DNA of 32,000 nucleotides from Gammaproteobacteria bacterium (GCA_030148485.1 JASBTJ010000025.1:23236-55235), one strand, 5' to 3'; shown: positions 1 to 8,598, counted from the stretch's first letter. The notes: generated from the sequence alone by a model not told the origin. Numbers and translations are program-made.

Positions 1-225
1 GCGTTGCTCCCAACGACTGGTCAGGTGCAGACCCGACAGCATCAATACGGTGGAAACCCCCGCGCCCACCGCCGCCTCGGTAAAGGCCACATCGACCGCG
101 TCCAGGTTCATGAACAATGCCGCAGTCAACAGACTGTAGACGCCGAACAGCATCACCACGGCGAACAGATCACGCAGGCGTATCGCCGCCACCGCGATCA
201 GCACTAGAAACCCCAACAGGGTCAT
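1..225 (-). CDS. MnhB/MbhD-like (DUF4040-type) antiporter subunit, first 75 codons; gene continues past the window start
   Basis: Absent from the ORF track because it has no stop inside the window. Reverse-strand ATG at 225 reads MTLLGFLVLIAVAAIRLRDLFAVVMLFGVYSLLTAALFMNLDAVDVAFTEAAVGAGVSTVLMLSGLHL... This is hydrophobic and carries the DAVDVAxTEAAVGxG signature I associate with MnhB/MbhD-type subunits. It starts 6 nt after the mnhG stop. Confidence 0.6.
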   Translation of the reverse strand, partial: MTLLGFLVLIAVAAIRLRDLFAVVMLFGVYSLLTAALFMNLDAVDVAFTEAAVGAGVSTVLMLSGLHLTSRWEQR

Positions 226-230
226 ATCGA

Positions 231-575
231 TCAGGAGTTCGATGACGGCGCCCCCCCTGCGGTCTTATCTTGGTCCGCCTGCCATGGGCGTAACCCGCCA
301 TGCAAGGCGGCCTTGGCCATGGCGTGCGAGGCGGTCGGGTTGGTGGCCAGGATGAACACCAGCACCATGAGCGCCTTGAACATGTCCAACGACCACTCCA
401 ACTGCAGCATCAGGCCGACCAACAACAGCGGCGCGGCCAGCGTCTCGGTGACCCCAGCCGCATGCACCCGCGAGAAGAAATCCGGCATGCGGATCAAGCC
501 GATGCCACCGGTCACGCACAGCAGACCGCCGGCAAGCAGCAGGATGTCGCTCACCCACTGGATCACAACGCTCAT
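231..575 (-). CDS. mnhG: monovalent cation/H+ antiporter subunit G
   Basis: 114-aa membrane ORF with the GLIRMPDFFSRVHAAGVTETL motif typical of MnhG/PhaG. It overlaps mnhF by 4 nt. Confidence 0.85.
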   Translation of the reverse strand: MSVVIQWVSDILLLAGGLLCVTGGIGLIRMPDFFSRVHAAGVTETLAAPLLLVGLMLQLEWSLDMFKALMVLVFILATNPTASHAMAKAALHGGLRPWQADQDKTAGGAPSSNS

Positions 576-856
576 GAGGCCGACTCCCCACCTTCGGTCG
601 CCTCACGGGCGGCGCGGTATTCAAAGAAGCGCATCACGGCCACGGTCGCCACGAAATTGACCATCGCATACAGCAGGGCCACGTCGAGATAGCTGTGCCA
701 TGACATGGCATGACCGCCTAGCGCGATCAGCAGCACCGTCTTGGTACCGAAGGAACTGGCAGCCAGCATGCGGTCGTAGGCTGTTGGCCCCAGGAAGGCC
801 CGCACCAACGCCAGCAGCATGGTCACCATCACGGCAACGATTGCAGCAAGCAACAT
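572..856 (-). CDS. mnhF: monovalent cation/H+ antiporter subunit F
   Basis: 94-aa three-helix ORF with GPTAYDRMLA ... LDVALLYAMVNFVATVA, the MnhF/PhaF pattern. It sits between mnhE and mnhG. Confidence 0.85.
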   Translation of the reverse strand: MLLAAIVAVMVTMLLALVRAFLGPTAYDRMLAASSFGTKTVLLIALGGHAMSWHSYLDVALLYAMVNFVATVAVMRFFEYRAAREATEGGESAS

Positions 857-860
857 GTGT

Positions 861-1328
861 CTAGATCCTCAGGCGCCGGATGCGCCCCTCCATTTCACCT
901 TGGCGGAGATCCTCCATCCCTTCGGGCGACAGGCTATGGATCATGAAATGATCGCGTTTGACATCGGTGGTCAGGGTGCCGGGCGTCAGGGTGATGGAAT
1001 TGGCGTACAGGGTTTTTTCGAGCGGCGTCGACACCGAAGTATCCAGGCGCTGCCAAGTCGGACGGATGGGCAGTCGCGGATCCCAGATCCGGCGGGCCAG
1101 GGTGACGTTGGACAACACCACCTGCCACATCAGCCAGGCCAGATAGCCGACCAGACCGAAGCCGAGCCGCATGGACAGGGGCTCTCCGTCCACCTTGTCC
1201 ATTCGGTTGACGAACCACGTTACCAGCACCACGGATACTGCACCCAACGCCAGGATCAGGGGGACATAGTGACCGGACAGGAGCAGCCAGAAGGCGGCCA
1301 ACAGGCCTGAGATGAATAACAAACGCAT
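861..1328 (-). CDS. mnhE: monovalent cation/H+ antiporter subunit E
   Basis: 155-aa ORF with two N-terminal TM helices and the ANSITLTPGTL motif characteristic of MnhE. Confidence 0.85.
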   Translation of the reverse strand: MRLLFISGLLAAFWLLLSGHYVPLILALGAVSVVLVTWFVNRMDKVDGEPLSMRLGFGLVGYLAWLMWQVVLSNVTLARRIWDPRLPIRPTWQRLDTSVSTPLEKTLYANSITLTPGTLTTDVKRDHFMIHSLSPEGMEDLRQGEMEGRIRRLRI

Positions 1329-1757
1329 GATTGAGTCTTGTTGTAGCGGTGAATCCGTTGTCCTTGGGCCGAACTACCGGGCGGCTCAGGCCACATTGGG
1401 CATTGTTACTCGTGCCGCTCTCTGTGGCGGCACCGATCTGGTTTACTTTAATGCCTAAACGGTCTCGACTGCACCTTGACCCACACTCGCCTGATCCGGT
1501 GAGTCCTCCGGCAGTCTTTCCAGGGGGGGGTGAAATCACGGAAACACGGGGTGGCGACCCGGCACTATGCGGGCGAACCGACCTGCTCGGACGCCACTGC
1601 CTCGGCGAAGAGCCGTTGTGACGCATTATGCTATAGTGGCCCGCTCGCCGTGCTATGCGGCAACTGGCTTTGCCCCTGAAAGGCCTGTTGCCCCGTGGCA
1701 CCGCCACAGACGCAACCTTTTGATCAACATATAAAATAGCTTTCCCTGGGAGGGCCC

Positions 1758-2645
1758 ATGTCCAAAAAGCACCCGATCGTCGCCGTGACCGGTTCATCCG
1801 GCGCAGGCACCACCACCGTCAAGCGTGCCTTTGAGCACATCTTCCTACGCGAAGGCATCAACGCTGCCGTGATTGAGGGTGACAGCTTCCACCGCTACGA
1901 CCGCGCCGAGATGCGCGAGGAAATGGCCAAGGCCACCGCGGAGAATCGCAACCTGAGCCACTTTGGCCCCGAAGCGAACCGCTTCGACAAGCTCGCCGAG
2001 CTGTTCGACAGCTACGGCAAGACCGGTTCGGGTCAGAAGCGCTATTACCTGCACAGCCAGGAAGAGGCCGACGAGCACAATGGCCGTCTGAACACCAACC
2101 TCGGCCCGGGTCAGTTCACCCCCTGGGAAGACATCCCCGCAGGCACCGACCTGTTGTTCTACGAAGGCCTGCATGGCCTGGTGGTCACCGAACAGGACAA
2201 CGTCGCCCAACACGTCGACCTGGGCGTGGGCGTAGTGCCGATCGTCAACCTGGAATGGATCCAGAAGATCCATCGCGACAACGCCGAGCGCGGCTATTCC
2301 GCCGAGGCCATCGTGGACACCATCCTGCGTCGCATGCCGGATTACATCAACCACATCACGCCGCAGTTCTCGCGCACCGACATCAACTTCCAGCGCGTCT
2401 CCCTGGTGGACACCTCCAACCCGTTCATCGCCCGGGACATCCCTACCCCGGACGAGAGCTTCGTGGTGATCCGTTTTGCCGATCCGCGCAAGTTCGACGT
2501 GAACTTCCCGAACCTGCTGAGCATGATCCCCGGCTCGTTCATGTCCCGGCGCAACTCCATCGTCGTCCCCGGCGGCAAGATGGGCTTCGCCATGGAACTG
2601 ACCCTGGGTCCGATCATCGATCAGATGATGGACCAGCGCGGCTGA
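1758..2645 (+). CDS. prk: phosphoribulokinase
   Basis: 295-aa ORF starting MSKKHPIVAVTGSSGAGTTTVKRAFEHIF (P-loop), with EGDSFHRYDR and a bacterial PrkB/CbbP-like sequence over its full length. GGGAGGG Shine-Dalgarno lies upstream. Confidence 0.9.
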   Translation: MSKKHPIVAVTGSSGAGTTTVKRAFEHIFLREGINAAVIEGDSFHRYDRAEMREEMAKATAENRNLSHFGPEANRFDKLAELFDSYGKTGSGQKRYYLHSQEEADEHNGRLNTNLGPGQFTPWEDIPAGTDLLFYEGLHGLVVTEQDNVAQHVDLGVGVVPIVNLEWIQKIHRDNAERGYSAEAIVDTILRRMPDYINHITPQFSRTDINFQRVSLVDTSNPFIARDIPTPDESFVVIRFADPRKFDVNFPNLLSMIPGSFMSRRNSIVVPGGKMGFAMELTLGPIIDQMMDQRG

Positions 2646-2657
2646 GTGCCCCGTGAT

Positions 2658-2683
2658 GGGGCGGCGCCAACCGGCGCCGCCCC
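2658..2683 (+). terminator. GC-rich hairpin after prk (11-bp perfect stem, AACC loop, no U-tract)
   Basis: GGGGCGGCGCC-AACC-GGCGCCGCCCC lies 13 nt after the prk stop. No T-run follows, so its role as a terminator is uncertain. Confidence 0.35.
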
Positions 2684-2695
2684 ACCCCGCACAAC

Positions 2696-3808
2696 ATGAA
2701 ACGTTTCGCATACGCACACGCCACCGGAAGCGACTGGCGCAGCATCTGCGACAGCGTGATCGAACAACTGGGCCCGCTGTCCGACGGACGGCTGGCCTTT
2801 CTCTACGCGGACCAGAGCCTGGCGACCGACGGCGACCGCATCATCGACTATCTGCGCAACCATACCGGCGTCCCCCATTGGGTCGGCACGGTTGGGCTTG
2901 GCATCTGCAGCACCGGCCGGGAAAGCTACGAAAAACCGGCCATCGCGGCCATGGTGACCGACCTGGGAGCGGACGACTTCCGCGTCCTGAGCAGTGGTGA
3001 CGATGTCGGTGCCAGCCTGGCGCCCAGCGCGGCTTGGCGGACAAAGACCCTGGCAAGCTTTGCCGTGGTCCACGGCGACCCCAGCAACCCCCGGACCCCC
3101 GAGCTTGTGGAAGGACTTGCCGATGGCTTGCAGGGTGGCTACCTGGTCGGCGGTTTGACCTCATCCGAAAACCTCCAGGTGCAGTTCGCCGACGGCGTCA
3201 CCGGGGGCGGCGTCTCCGGCGTGCTGTTGGCCGGGCATGTGCGCGTCACCACAGGCCTTAGTCAGGGCTGCACGCTGATCGGCCGCAAGCACCGCATCAC
3301 CGCCTGCCGACGTAACATCGTCAAGACGCTGGACGGCGAGCCGGCGCTCGATGTGCTCAAACGCGACATCGGCGAGGTCCTCGCGCGCGATCTGAGTCGC
3401 ATCGGCGGCTATATCTTTGCCGCCCTCCCCATCCCCGGCTCGGACACCGGTGACTATCTGGTGCGCAACCTGGTAGGCGTCGATCCGAACGACGGCCTGG
3501 TGGCCGTCGGTGACCTGCTACAGGACGACATGGCGCTGCAATTTGCCAAACGTGACGCGCAAACCGCCCGCGACGACCTCGTTCGCATGGTCCAAGACGT
3601 CAAGGACCGGCTCGACGGCCAACCCAAGGGCGCGCTGTATCACACCTGCCTCGGCCGTGGCCGACATCTGTTCGGCGACGACAGCGCGGAATTGACGCTG
3701 ATCCAACAGACGCTTGGCGATGTCCCGCTGGTGGGTTTCTATGCCAACGGCGAGGTCTCCCATCACAGACTGTACGGCTACACCGGCGTGCTGACGGTGT
3801 TCACCTGA
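2696..3808 (+). CDS. FIST-domain signal-transduction-type protein
   Basis: 370-aa ORF. The overall pattern and the C-terminal GFYANGEVSHHRLYGYTGVLTVF resemble the end of FIST_N/FIST_C proteins. Family recognised from memory only. Confidence 0.6.
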   Translation: MKRFAYAHATGSDWRSICDSVIEQLGPLSDGRLAFLYADQSLATDGDRIIDYLRNHTGVPHWVGTVGLGICSTGRESYEKPAIAAMVTDLGADDFRVLSSGDDVGASLAPSAAWRTKTLASFAVVHGDPSNPRTPELVEGLADGLQGGYLVGGLTSSENLQVQFADGVTGGGVSGVLLAGHVRVTTGLSQGCTLIGRKHRITACRRNIVKTLDGEPALDVLKRDIGEVLARDLSRIGGYIFAALPIPGSDTGDYLVRNLVGVDPNDGLVAVGDLLQDDMALQFAKRDAQTARDDLVRMVQDVKDRLDGQPKGALYHTCLGRGRHLFGDDSAELTLIQQTLGDVPLVGFYANGEVSHHRLYGYTGVLTVFT

Positions 3809-3827
3809 TCACGATACGGACGGGAGT

Positions 3828-3857
3828 AAAAAAAACGCCGCGACAACAGCCGCGGCG
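3828..3857 (-). terminator. rho-independent terminator oriented for the minus strand
   Basis: Minus strand reads CGCCGCG-GCTGTTGT-CGCGGCG followed by TTTTTTTT. The plus strand has no T-run after the stem, so this ends a leftward transcript about 420 nt downstream of the DnaJ-related gene stop. Confidence 0.55.
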
Positions 3858-4279
3858 CAACAAAGGTGTATAAAACAACAAAACACCACCGAGAGGTTGT
3901 AGTGCGTACGAGCAGCTACGGGACCAGCGTAGGCCCGGAGACCCACCGCCACCAGCGCTAAATGACTCGCTGTTGACGCAGGACAAATACCCTCTCGGAA
4001 AGCCCGGAGCGAACCACCGCCGCACCCCTTTGTACACCTCGCTCGGGGATCGGAACGGGGCCGTTGCATGTTGATGTCCGGAATCGGGCGATAAGTTCAA
4101 CACCCTGCACTTTTCCCGCCCCCCCTGGGAAGCGCTGAATAAGTCCATCCTGGACTTCATCAGCGCACGCTGCACGGCAAACGCGGTTTGCTGCTTGGCT
4201 CAAAATCAGTCGCTTGCAGTGACCGATTTTGGCGGCGCCTTCCTGTGCCGCGGACCCTCTGAATTTTCAGCGCTGGCCT

Positions 4280-4846
4280 CTAGCAGCGACGCAGGATGGC
4301 AATCGCCTCCTGAATCGCCTGAAACGTCGCCGCATCGCCGCCCCGATCGGGATGATGCGCCATCGCCAACTTACGGTAACGACGCTGCGCGGTGACCAGA
4401 TCGCTGTCCGCGGGGAGTCCCAACACGCTCAGCGCCTCGGCGCGACGGCTGCCGGCGTAAAACCGCAACCAAAAGCCCCCGAGCAGGGCCTCCACGTCGG
4501 TCGCCGTGGTATCGGCCAGATTGTCCAACCGTAAATAGTAGTCGCGCATCGGATCATGCAGGCTGATCGCCACGGACGACGACTCGTCCAACGGCAGAAG
4601 GCGAATCGTCAGCGGATCGATCTGCAAACCGCCCACCCCCTCTGCAAGCAAGGTGTCGCGCAGCTTGTACAAGGCGTGAAACAGCAGGAAGTGGGCGCGA
4701 AACAAGGCCAGGTCGTCAGCGAACAAGCGAGCCGGAAAATCGCTCGGGTTGTCCGCTTGCAAGCGCTTCAACAAGGCATGCTCGGCAATGCCCTGTGGGC
4801 AGGCCTCCAGTATCGCGCGTAGCTGCTTTGCCAAATCGTCCGCCAT
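4280..4846 (-). CDS. DnaJ-related protein (C-terminal J-like domain)
   Basis: 188-aa ORF ending ...RRYRKLAMAHHPDRGGDAATFQAIQEAIAILRR, a J-domain HPD motif. The N-terminal part resembles the 'DNA-J related' family. Confidence 0.75.
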   Translation of the reverse strand: MADDLAKQLRAILEACPQGIAEHALLKRLQADNPSDFPARLFADDLALFRAHFLLFHALYKLRDTLLAEGVGGLQIDPLTIRLLPLDESSSVAISLHDPMRDYYLRLDNLADTTATDVEALLGGFWLRFYAGSRRAEALSVLGLPADSDLVTAQRRYRKLAMAHHPDRGGDAATFQAIQEAIAILRRC

Positions 4847-5059
4847 CGGCCCAGCCTACCCAAGCAGGTGCACCCCGCCAACCCGGCAGGACAAGCCACA
4901 GTGGCCGCATGGCGGCAACGCACGTATTGAAGAGATCGGCGACCCGTATCCAGACAGGCGAGGCACATCGCACGGACTAGCCGAAGATGGCAGAGACTTG
5001 CCATGCACCAACCCCGACTCCCACCGAAAGCCCCAAACCAGCGACTTTGCGGTGGTAGC

Positions 5060-5689
5060 TTAGCGAGGACGCCGGTCGTGGGTCAGCGACGGGCAATTGT
5101 GGAGCCGAAACCCCGCGTCGTGCAGCCACAAAACCGCTTGCTGCAGGTTTTCCCGCACCTGCGGCAGCGGCGAATCCAGATGATGAGCGAATTGCTCGAA
5201 GGGCAGTTCCACGCGCCAACCGTCGACTGTCACCGGCATACCCAACCGTGCCGCCAGCGCCAGAAGCGGGTCCTGCGGCGCAAGCCCCGCAGGAAGCTGA
5301 TGAGTGGACAAGGCCGACGACAGCAGAGGATGGCCGCTGCGGTGCACCTGCTCATACGCATCGGCGTAGCGCTCGCACAACCGGGACTCCGTGTCGTCAA
5401 CGCCCTGACGAGCCCGCTCCACCAGCCGCACGATGTCCCGCGCGACAGTCCGGGTAGGAGGCGCGCACAGCATCGCAAGCATCAGCGCACGTTGTTCATT
5501 TGTCAGGTGCTCGGCTTGATAGCCGGCCATCAGGAAATCGCGCCGCTGCGCCAGATTACGCAGAAAGGCCTCGGTATACGGGTGGTAACGGGATGTGTAA
5601 TGCAACAATTCGTCCGCACATCCGCCCCAGCCGCGGTGCGGATGCGGTACCCGCTGACCGACCGACAAGCTGCTCGGTGATTGGATCAT
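5060..5689 (-). CDS. hypothetical protein
   Basis: 209-aa ORF with ordinary, non-low-complexity composition. No family recognised. Confidence 0.55.
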   Translation of the reverse strand: MIQSPSSLSVGQRVPHPHRGWGGCADELLHYTSRYHPYTEAFLRNLAQRRDFLMAGYQAEHLTNEQRALMLAMLCAPPTRTVARDIVRLVERARQGVDDTESRLCERYADAYEQVHRSGHPLLSSALSTHQLPAGLAPQDPLLALAARLGMPVTVDGWRVELPFEQFAHHLDSPLPQVRENLQQAVLWLHDAGFRLHNCPSLTHDRRPR

Positions 5690-5735
5690 GACACCCCCTG
5701 CGCCTCGGTGCCCTGCCCCAAGTATAGCGGCACAG

Positions 5736-6259
5736 CTACCGTGGCCGTTGGTGGCCGGGACTCACCGGCTCGGCCGAGATGTGGTACTCGTCGGTCCTCT
5801 TGCCGACCGAATCGGCGAAATATTTGATCAACGACCCGTAGGCCACGCTGAGCAGGCCCGGTAACTCGAGGCCCTCGTCGCGCAGCGGTATCTTCTCGAT
5901 GTTCTGGATGAGGTCAGCCAGGGTGGGCAGGCCGATCATCTTGTTGAAGTCGATGCCCTTGAGCACATCCTGCTGGGCATCAATATTGCGGTCCTCGGCC
6001 GCACCTCCAAGGCCTTGTCCAGACCGGTGCCAACTTTTCCTTGAGGTGTTTGACCTTGGGCCACTGAGCGCTTTCCGGCACCTGGAAGTACTTGCCCGAG
6101 TATTGCTCAGGGTCATTCAGCAGTTTCTTGATGGCAGCCATGTTCCATGAGCTTCTTTCCGAGCGCTTTGCGACGCCGATCGAACAACATGCTGTCCTGC
6201 AGGTCGTCACAGGCACGCAGCAGTAGACCTTCGAGTTGGGACAGGGTCAGTTTGGACGT
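5736..6259 (-). pseudogene. hsdM: remnant of a type I restriction-modification methylase (HsdM) N-terminal region: frameshifted, internally deleted, 3'-truncated
   Basis: Three reverse-strand frames each carry consecutive HsdM_N-like pieces. Piece 1 is (ACG)SKLTLSQLEGLLLRACDDLQDSM at 6259 downward. Piece 2 is MAAIKKLLNDPEQYSGKYFQVPESAQW. Piece 3 is IDAQQDVLKGIDFNKMIGLPTLADLIQNIEKI...LLSVAYGSLIKYFADSVGKRTDEY, which I compare with the HsdM pattern DxxGxxYExLIxxFAxxxGKxxGEFYTP. The expected ATG is ACG, and the frame ends at 5736 with no methylase catalytic domain. Confidence 0.5.
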
Positions 6260-6275
6260 GCGTTATTCGTTCTCG

Positions 6276-7175
6276 TTATGCGTTGGGAGTCGGCGCCTCG
6301 GTCTGAGGTGCCGGCTTGTAGTTGTTGTCACGATAGCCGTTTACGAAGGCATCCAGTAAGGACCGGTGCCGCTCATACTGCGTGTCCGCCTGGGTGCACG
6401 ATTCTTCAGCCAGGCGTTCCAGATCGAGCTTTCCCATACCTTCGTCGATCAGCTGGTCCAGCATTGCGGCTGTGTCGTGCAGGAGCATTGGCGCCACGTG
6501 CCTGCCCAGCATTTCGGCGGCAGCCAGGGTGATGTCCCAGCCATGGGCTTCCATGAGTTCTTCGTCGCCGTAGCACGCATCCTTGATCTCGGGGATAAGT
6601 TCGTAGCTCGCTAGGATATAGGCGATGTCCCTGGCGTCCTTGATCCGCTCGGTCGGGTCTTCACGATCAGTCCAGGCGATCAGCTTCAGCACAATTATTC
6701 CCACTGGGGTCGCCACGGGTATGGCTAGGCTTGGATCTGCCGTTACACGCACGAAAACCGCAGTTTCCAAGGCTTCTGCCAACCCAAGCACACTCATTTC
6801 AATATCACCGGAAGGGGGCCAAGCGATTTTAGCGCCCGCTTCGTCGACACCGCCAAACGGCAAGATATCCAGCCACGCATGGGACGGACCGACAAAACGG
6901 TGTGCCCTTCCGGTGGCACTGTAACCTCGGTCGAGCAGCGCCTGGCCAAGCCTTTTAAACGCTGACCAGTCCGGGACCTGAATTGCAAAGTCCACGTCCA
7001 GCGTGTTTGTTCGTATCTTGGCGCCATAGTGATTATGCAGGACGAGATCTCTCGCCGTCGCGCCGATGACCACGTAGGGGAGCTCCAACCCGCTAGCGAT
7101 CTGCTCGACGAGTTCAAGGACCTCGGCCGTGGCCGGGTCAATCTTCCCGGCAATGTCGAGCGATGTACTCGTCAT
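6276..7175 (-). CDS. nucleotidyltransferase, AbiEii-like (type IV TA toxin-like)
   Basis: 299-aa ORF with the NTase signature VVIGATARDLVL...TLDVDF (G-x-x-A-x... D-x-D). A later KLIAWTDRE...IKDARDIAYIL resembles the AbiEii/DUF1814 C-terminal motif. It overlaps the upstream regulator gene by 38 nt. Confidence 0.6.
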   Translation of the reverse strand: MTSTSLDIAGKIDPATAEVLELVEQIASGLELPYVVIGATARDLVLHNHYGAKIRTNTLDVDFAIQVPDWSAFKRLGQALLDRGYSATGRAHRFVGPSHAWLDILPFGGVDEAGAKIAWPPSGDIEMSVLGLAEALETAVFVRVTADPSLAIPVATPVGIIVLKLIAWTDREDPTERIKDARDIAYILASYELIPEIKDACYGDEELMEAHGWDITLAAAEMLGRHVAPMLLHDTAAMLDQLIDEGMGKLDLERLAEESCTQADTQYERHRSLLDAFVNGYRDNNYKPAPQTEAPTPNA

Positions 7176-8226
7176 AGATCATTCCTGCCACTTCGCGGTT
7201 TCGTGGGTCTCCTGTGGCCAGCAAGTCGGCATACGCCAAGACCGGAGGTACCAGCCCCCTCAGGGCCACTTCGTTCTCAAAGCTCAGAAGCTCTGGCCAA
7301 AAGGTTTTGTAGAGGCGCACATTGCCTGGCTCGGCCTGCAGACCATTCGGGGCTTTGCGCAGGCGTGCCTTCGCCAACAGCTTCCCCGCCGCTCCTTCCG
7401 GCAAGTACGCAGTCGCGACCGCTGGTTTCAAATAGTCGGTGTAGATCGCTGCTGCGGTTTCCCCGCCCCAGTAGCCACCAAATTTGCGGATATCGATCTC
7501 CTTCCACCAGTACGGATCCTCTGCCTGGTAGTTGCCCACTAAGAGTTTGGGGCGGAGCTTTTCGGGATAGGCTTCGACCCAACGGTCCAGCATTCGCCGG
7601 TACTCGGTGATGCGCCGTCCTTTACGCTGACCCTTCTCGATAGCCATGCGCGCAACTTTAAGACCCTTCAAGACCTCGCCAACGGTGCCAAGCGCCACAT
7701 CAGCTCTTTCTGCAATGTCACGATACGGGGCATCGATGAGGGCCGGGTCACAAAGGAACGCGAACACAACCTTCAGACCTGTTTTGTCGAATGCGCGATT
7801 CGGGGCCTCTTTTACTGTGGCAGTACCCATAGGCCTGGGCTTACCCGCCACGAACACATACACAGGCGGCTGGTTGATGTAGGCGTTGCCGACGGTATCG
7901 ATGAATTGCACATCTTCTCGTCGTAACTTGTCCGCCATCTTGGGATTGATGTAGTCGGCGACCAGCACGCCCTGCAACGGCAAGGCCTTGATCTGGTGAA
8001 TCAAGGCACCCAGGTTAGCGTGCCCTGCCCAGCGCTTGACCTCTGCCGCCAGGTGGTCGGCCCCTTGAGCCAGCCGGAGCACCGCGTCCAGCTGACGTCT
8101 ATACGCCTTGGTCTCTCGCTGTTCGATGACCAGGCGAAGCCCTGCCTCGCGCTCTACGGCACCTAGGGCACGGTCCAGTACGTCAGCATCGAGATCTTGG
8201 GGTTCCATGGCTCTCTGTCCGTTCAC
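7138..8226 (-). CDS. AbiEi-like transcriptional regulator/antitoxin with an extra N-terminal domain
   Basis: 362-aa ORF. The central part (YRDIAERADVALGTVGEVLKGL) looks like a wHTH. The C-terminal part (...WWKEIDIRKFGGYWGGETAAAIYTDYLKP...LAYADLLATGDPRNREVAGMIYDEYI) resembles AbiEi_3-type antitoxins. It lies immediately upstream of, and overlaps, the NTase gene. Confidence 0.55.
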   Translation of the reverse strand: MNGQRAMEPQDLDADVLDRALGAVEREAGLRLVIEQRETKAYRRQLDAVLRLAQGADHLAAEVKRWAGHANLGALIHQIKALPLQGVLVADYINPKMADKLRREDVQFIDTVGNAYINQPPVYVFVAGKPRPMGTATVKEAPNRAFDKTGLKVVFAFLCDPALIDAPYRDIAERADVALGTVGEVLKGLKVARMAIEKGQRKGRRITEYRRMLDRWVEAYPEKLRPKLLVGNYQAEDPYWWKEIDIRKFGGYWGGETAAAIYTDYLKPAVATAYLPEGAAGKLLAKARLRKAPNGLQAEPGNVRLYKTFWPELLSFENEVALRGLVPPVLAYADLLATGDPRNREVAGMIYDEYIARHCRED

Positions 8227-8279
8227 CGCCCCACAATCGCTCGACTCCGCTCATGACAGAGCCACCCGCGACCCAGGGC

Positions 8280-8337
8280 AATTGTTCACGATATTAGCAC
8301 GTACATTAATAATGTACAGATGCCAATTATGAACAAT
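8280..8337. promoter_or_regulatory. nested inverted repeats upstream of the AbiEi-like gene (candidate operator)
   Basis: Outer arms are AATTGTTCA (8280-8288) and TGAACAATT (8329-8337). The inner palindrome is GTACATTA-A-TAATGTAC (8301-8317). The site is an AT-rich patch 55-110 nt upstream of the start at 8226. Confidence 0.45.
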
Positions 8338-8554
8338 TAGGCTACCCCGGTAACCCCAAGCATCCCCTGCGCTAATGCCTTGCCGCACCTGCCAATCAGC
8401 GCTTTGGTCTGCCTCAAATGAAACGAAAGGGCATCCAGGGAGAAAAGCAACTTCCGCCCGGCCACATGCCCCAAGCCATGCGCAACATCGACAGCCAACC
8501 GACCCGGGTGGCTCGTCCCGCAGGCGATGAGGATTTGTGGCTATCAATGTAGCC

Positions 8555-8591
8555 AGAAAAAGAAAAAGGGCTTGGCCGCAAGGCCAAGCCC
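8555..8591 (-). terminator. rho-independent terminator (minus strand), next to the tRNA-like remnant
   Basis: Minus strand reads GGGCTTGGCC-TTGC-GGCCAAGCCC followed by TTTTTCTTTTTCT, a 10-bp perfect stem. Confidence 0.6.
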
Positions 8592-8598
8592 TTTCTTG

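Noticed and set aside
934-1797. 287-aa minus-strand ORF spanning mnhE, the intergenic region and the prk start
   Set aside because: It overlaps two well-supported genes in another frame and has an Arg/Pro/Gly-rich composition typical of out-of-frame high-GC translation. The same reasoning applies to 4..207(+), 265..624(-), 1845..2717(-), 21979..23034(+), 13867..14931(+), 16450..17580(+), 28382..29443(+) and 28863..30155(+).
3809-4279. Possible tmRNA, RNase P RNA, 6S or SRP RNA in the large gap
   Set aside because: I checked both strands for the hallmark strings and none is present. These were the tmRNA 5' GGGGCTGATTCTGGATTCGAC and 3' ...TCCACCA, the RNase P GAGGAAAGTCCGGGCTC / ACAGAACCCGGCTTA, and the SRP GGAAGCAGCCAAGG. 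The closest match, CGGAAAGCCCGGAGC, deviates at invariant RNase P positions.
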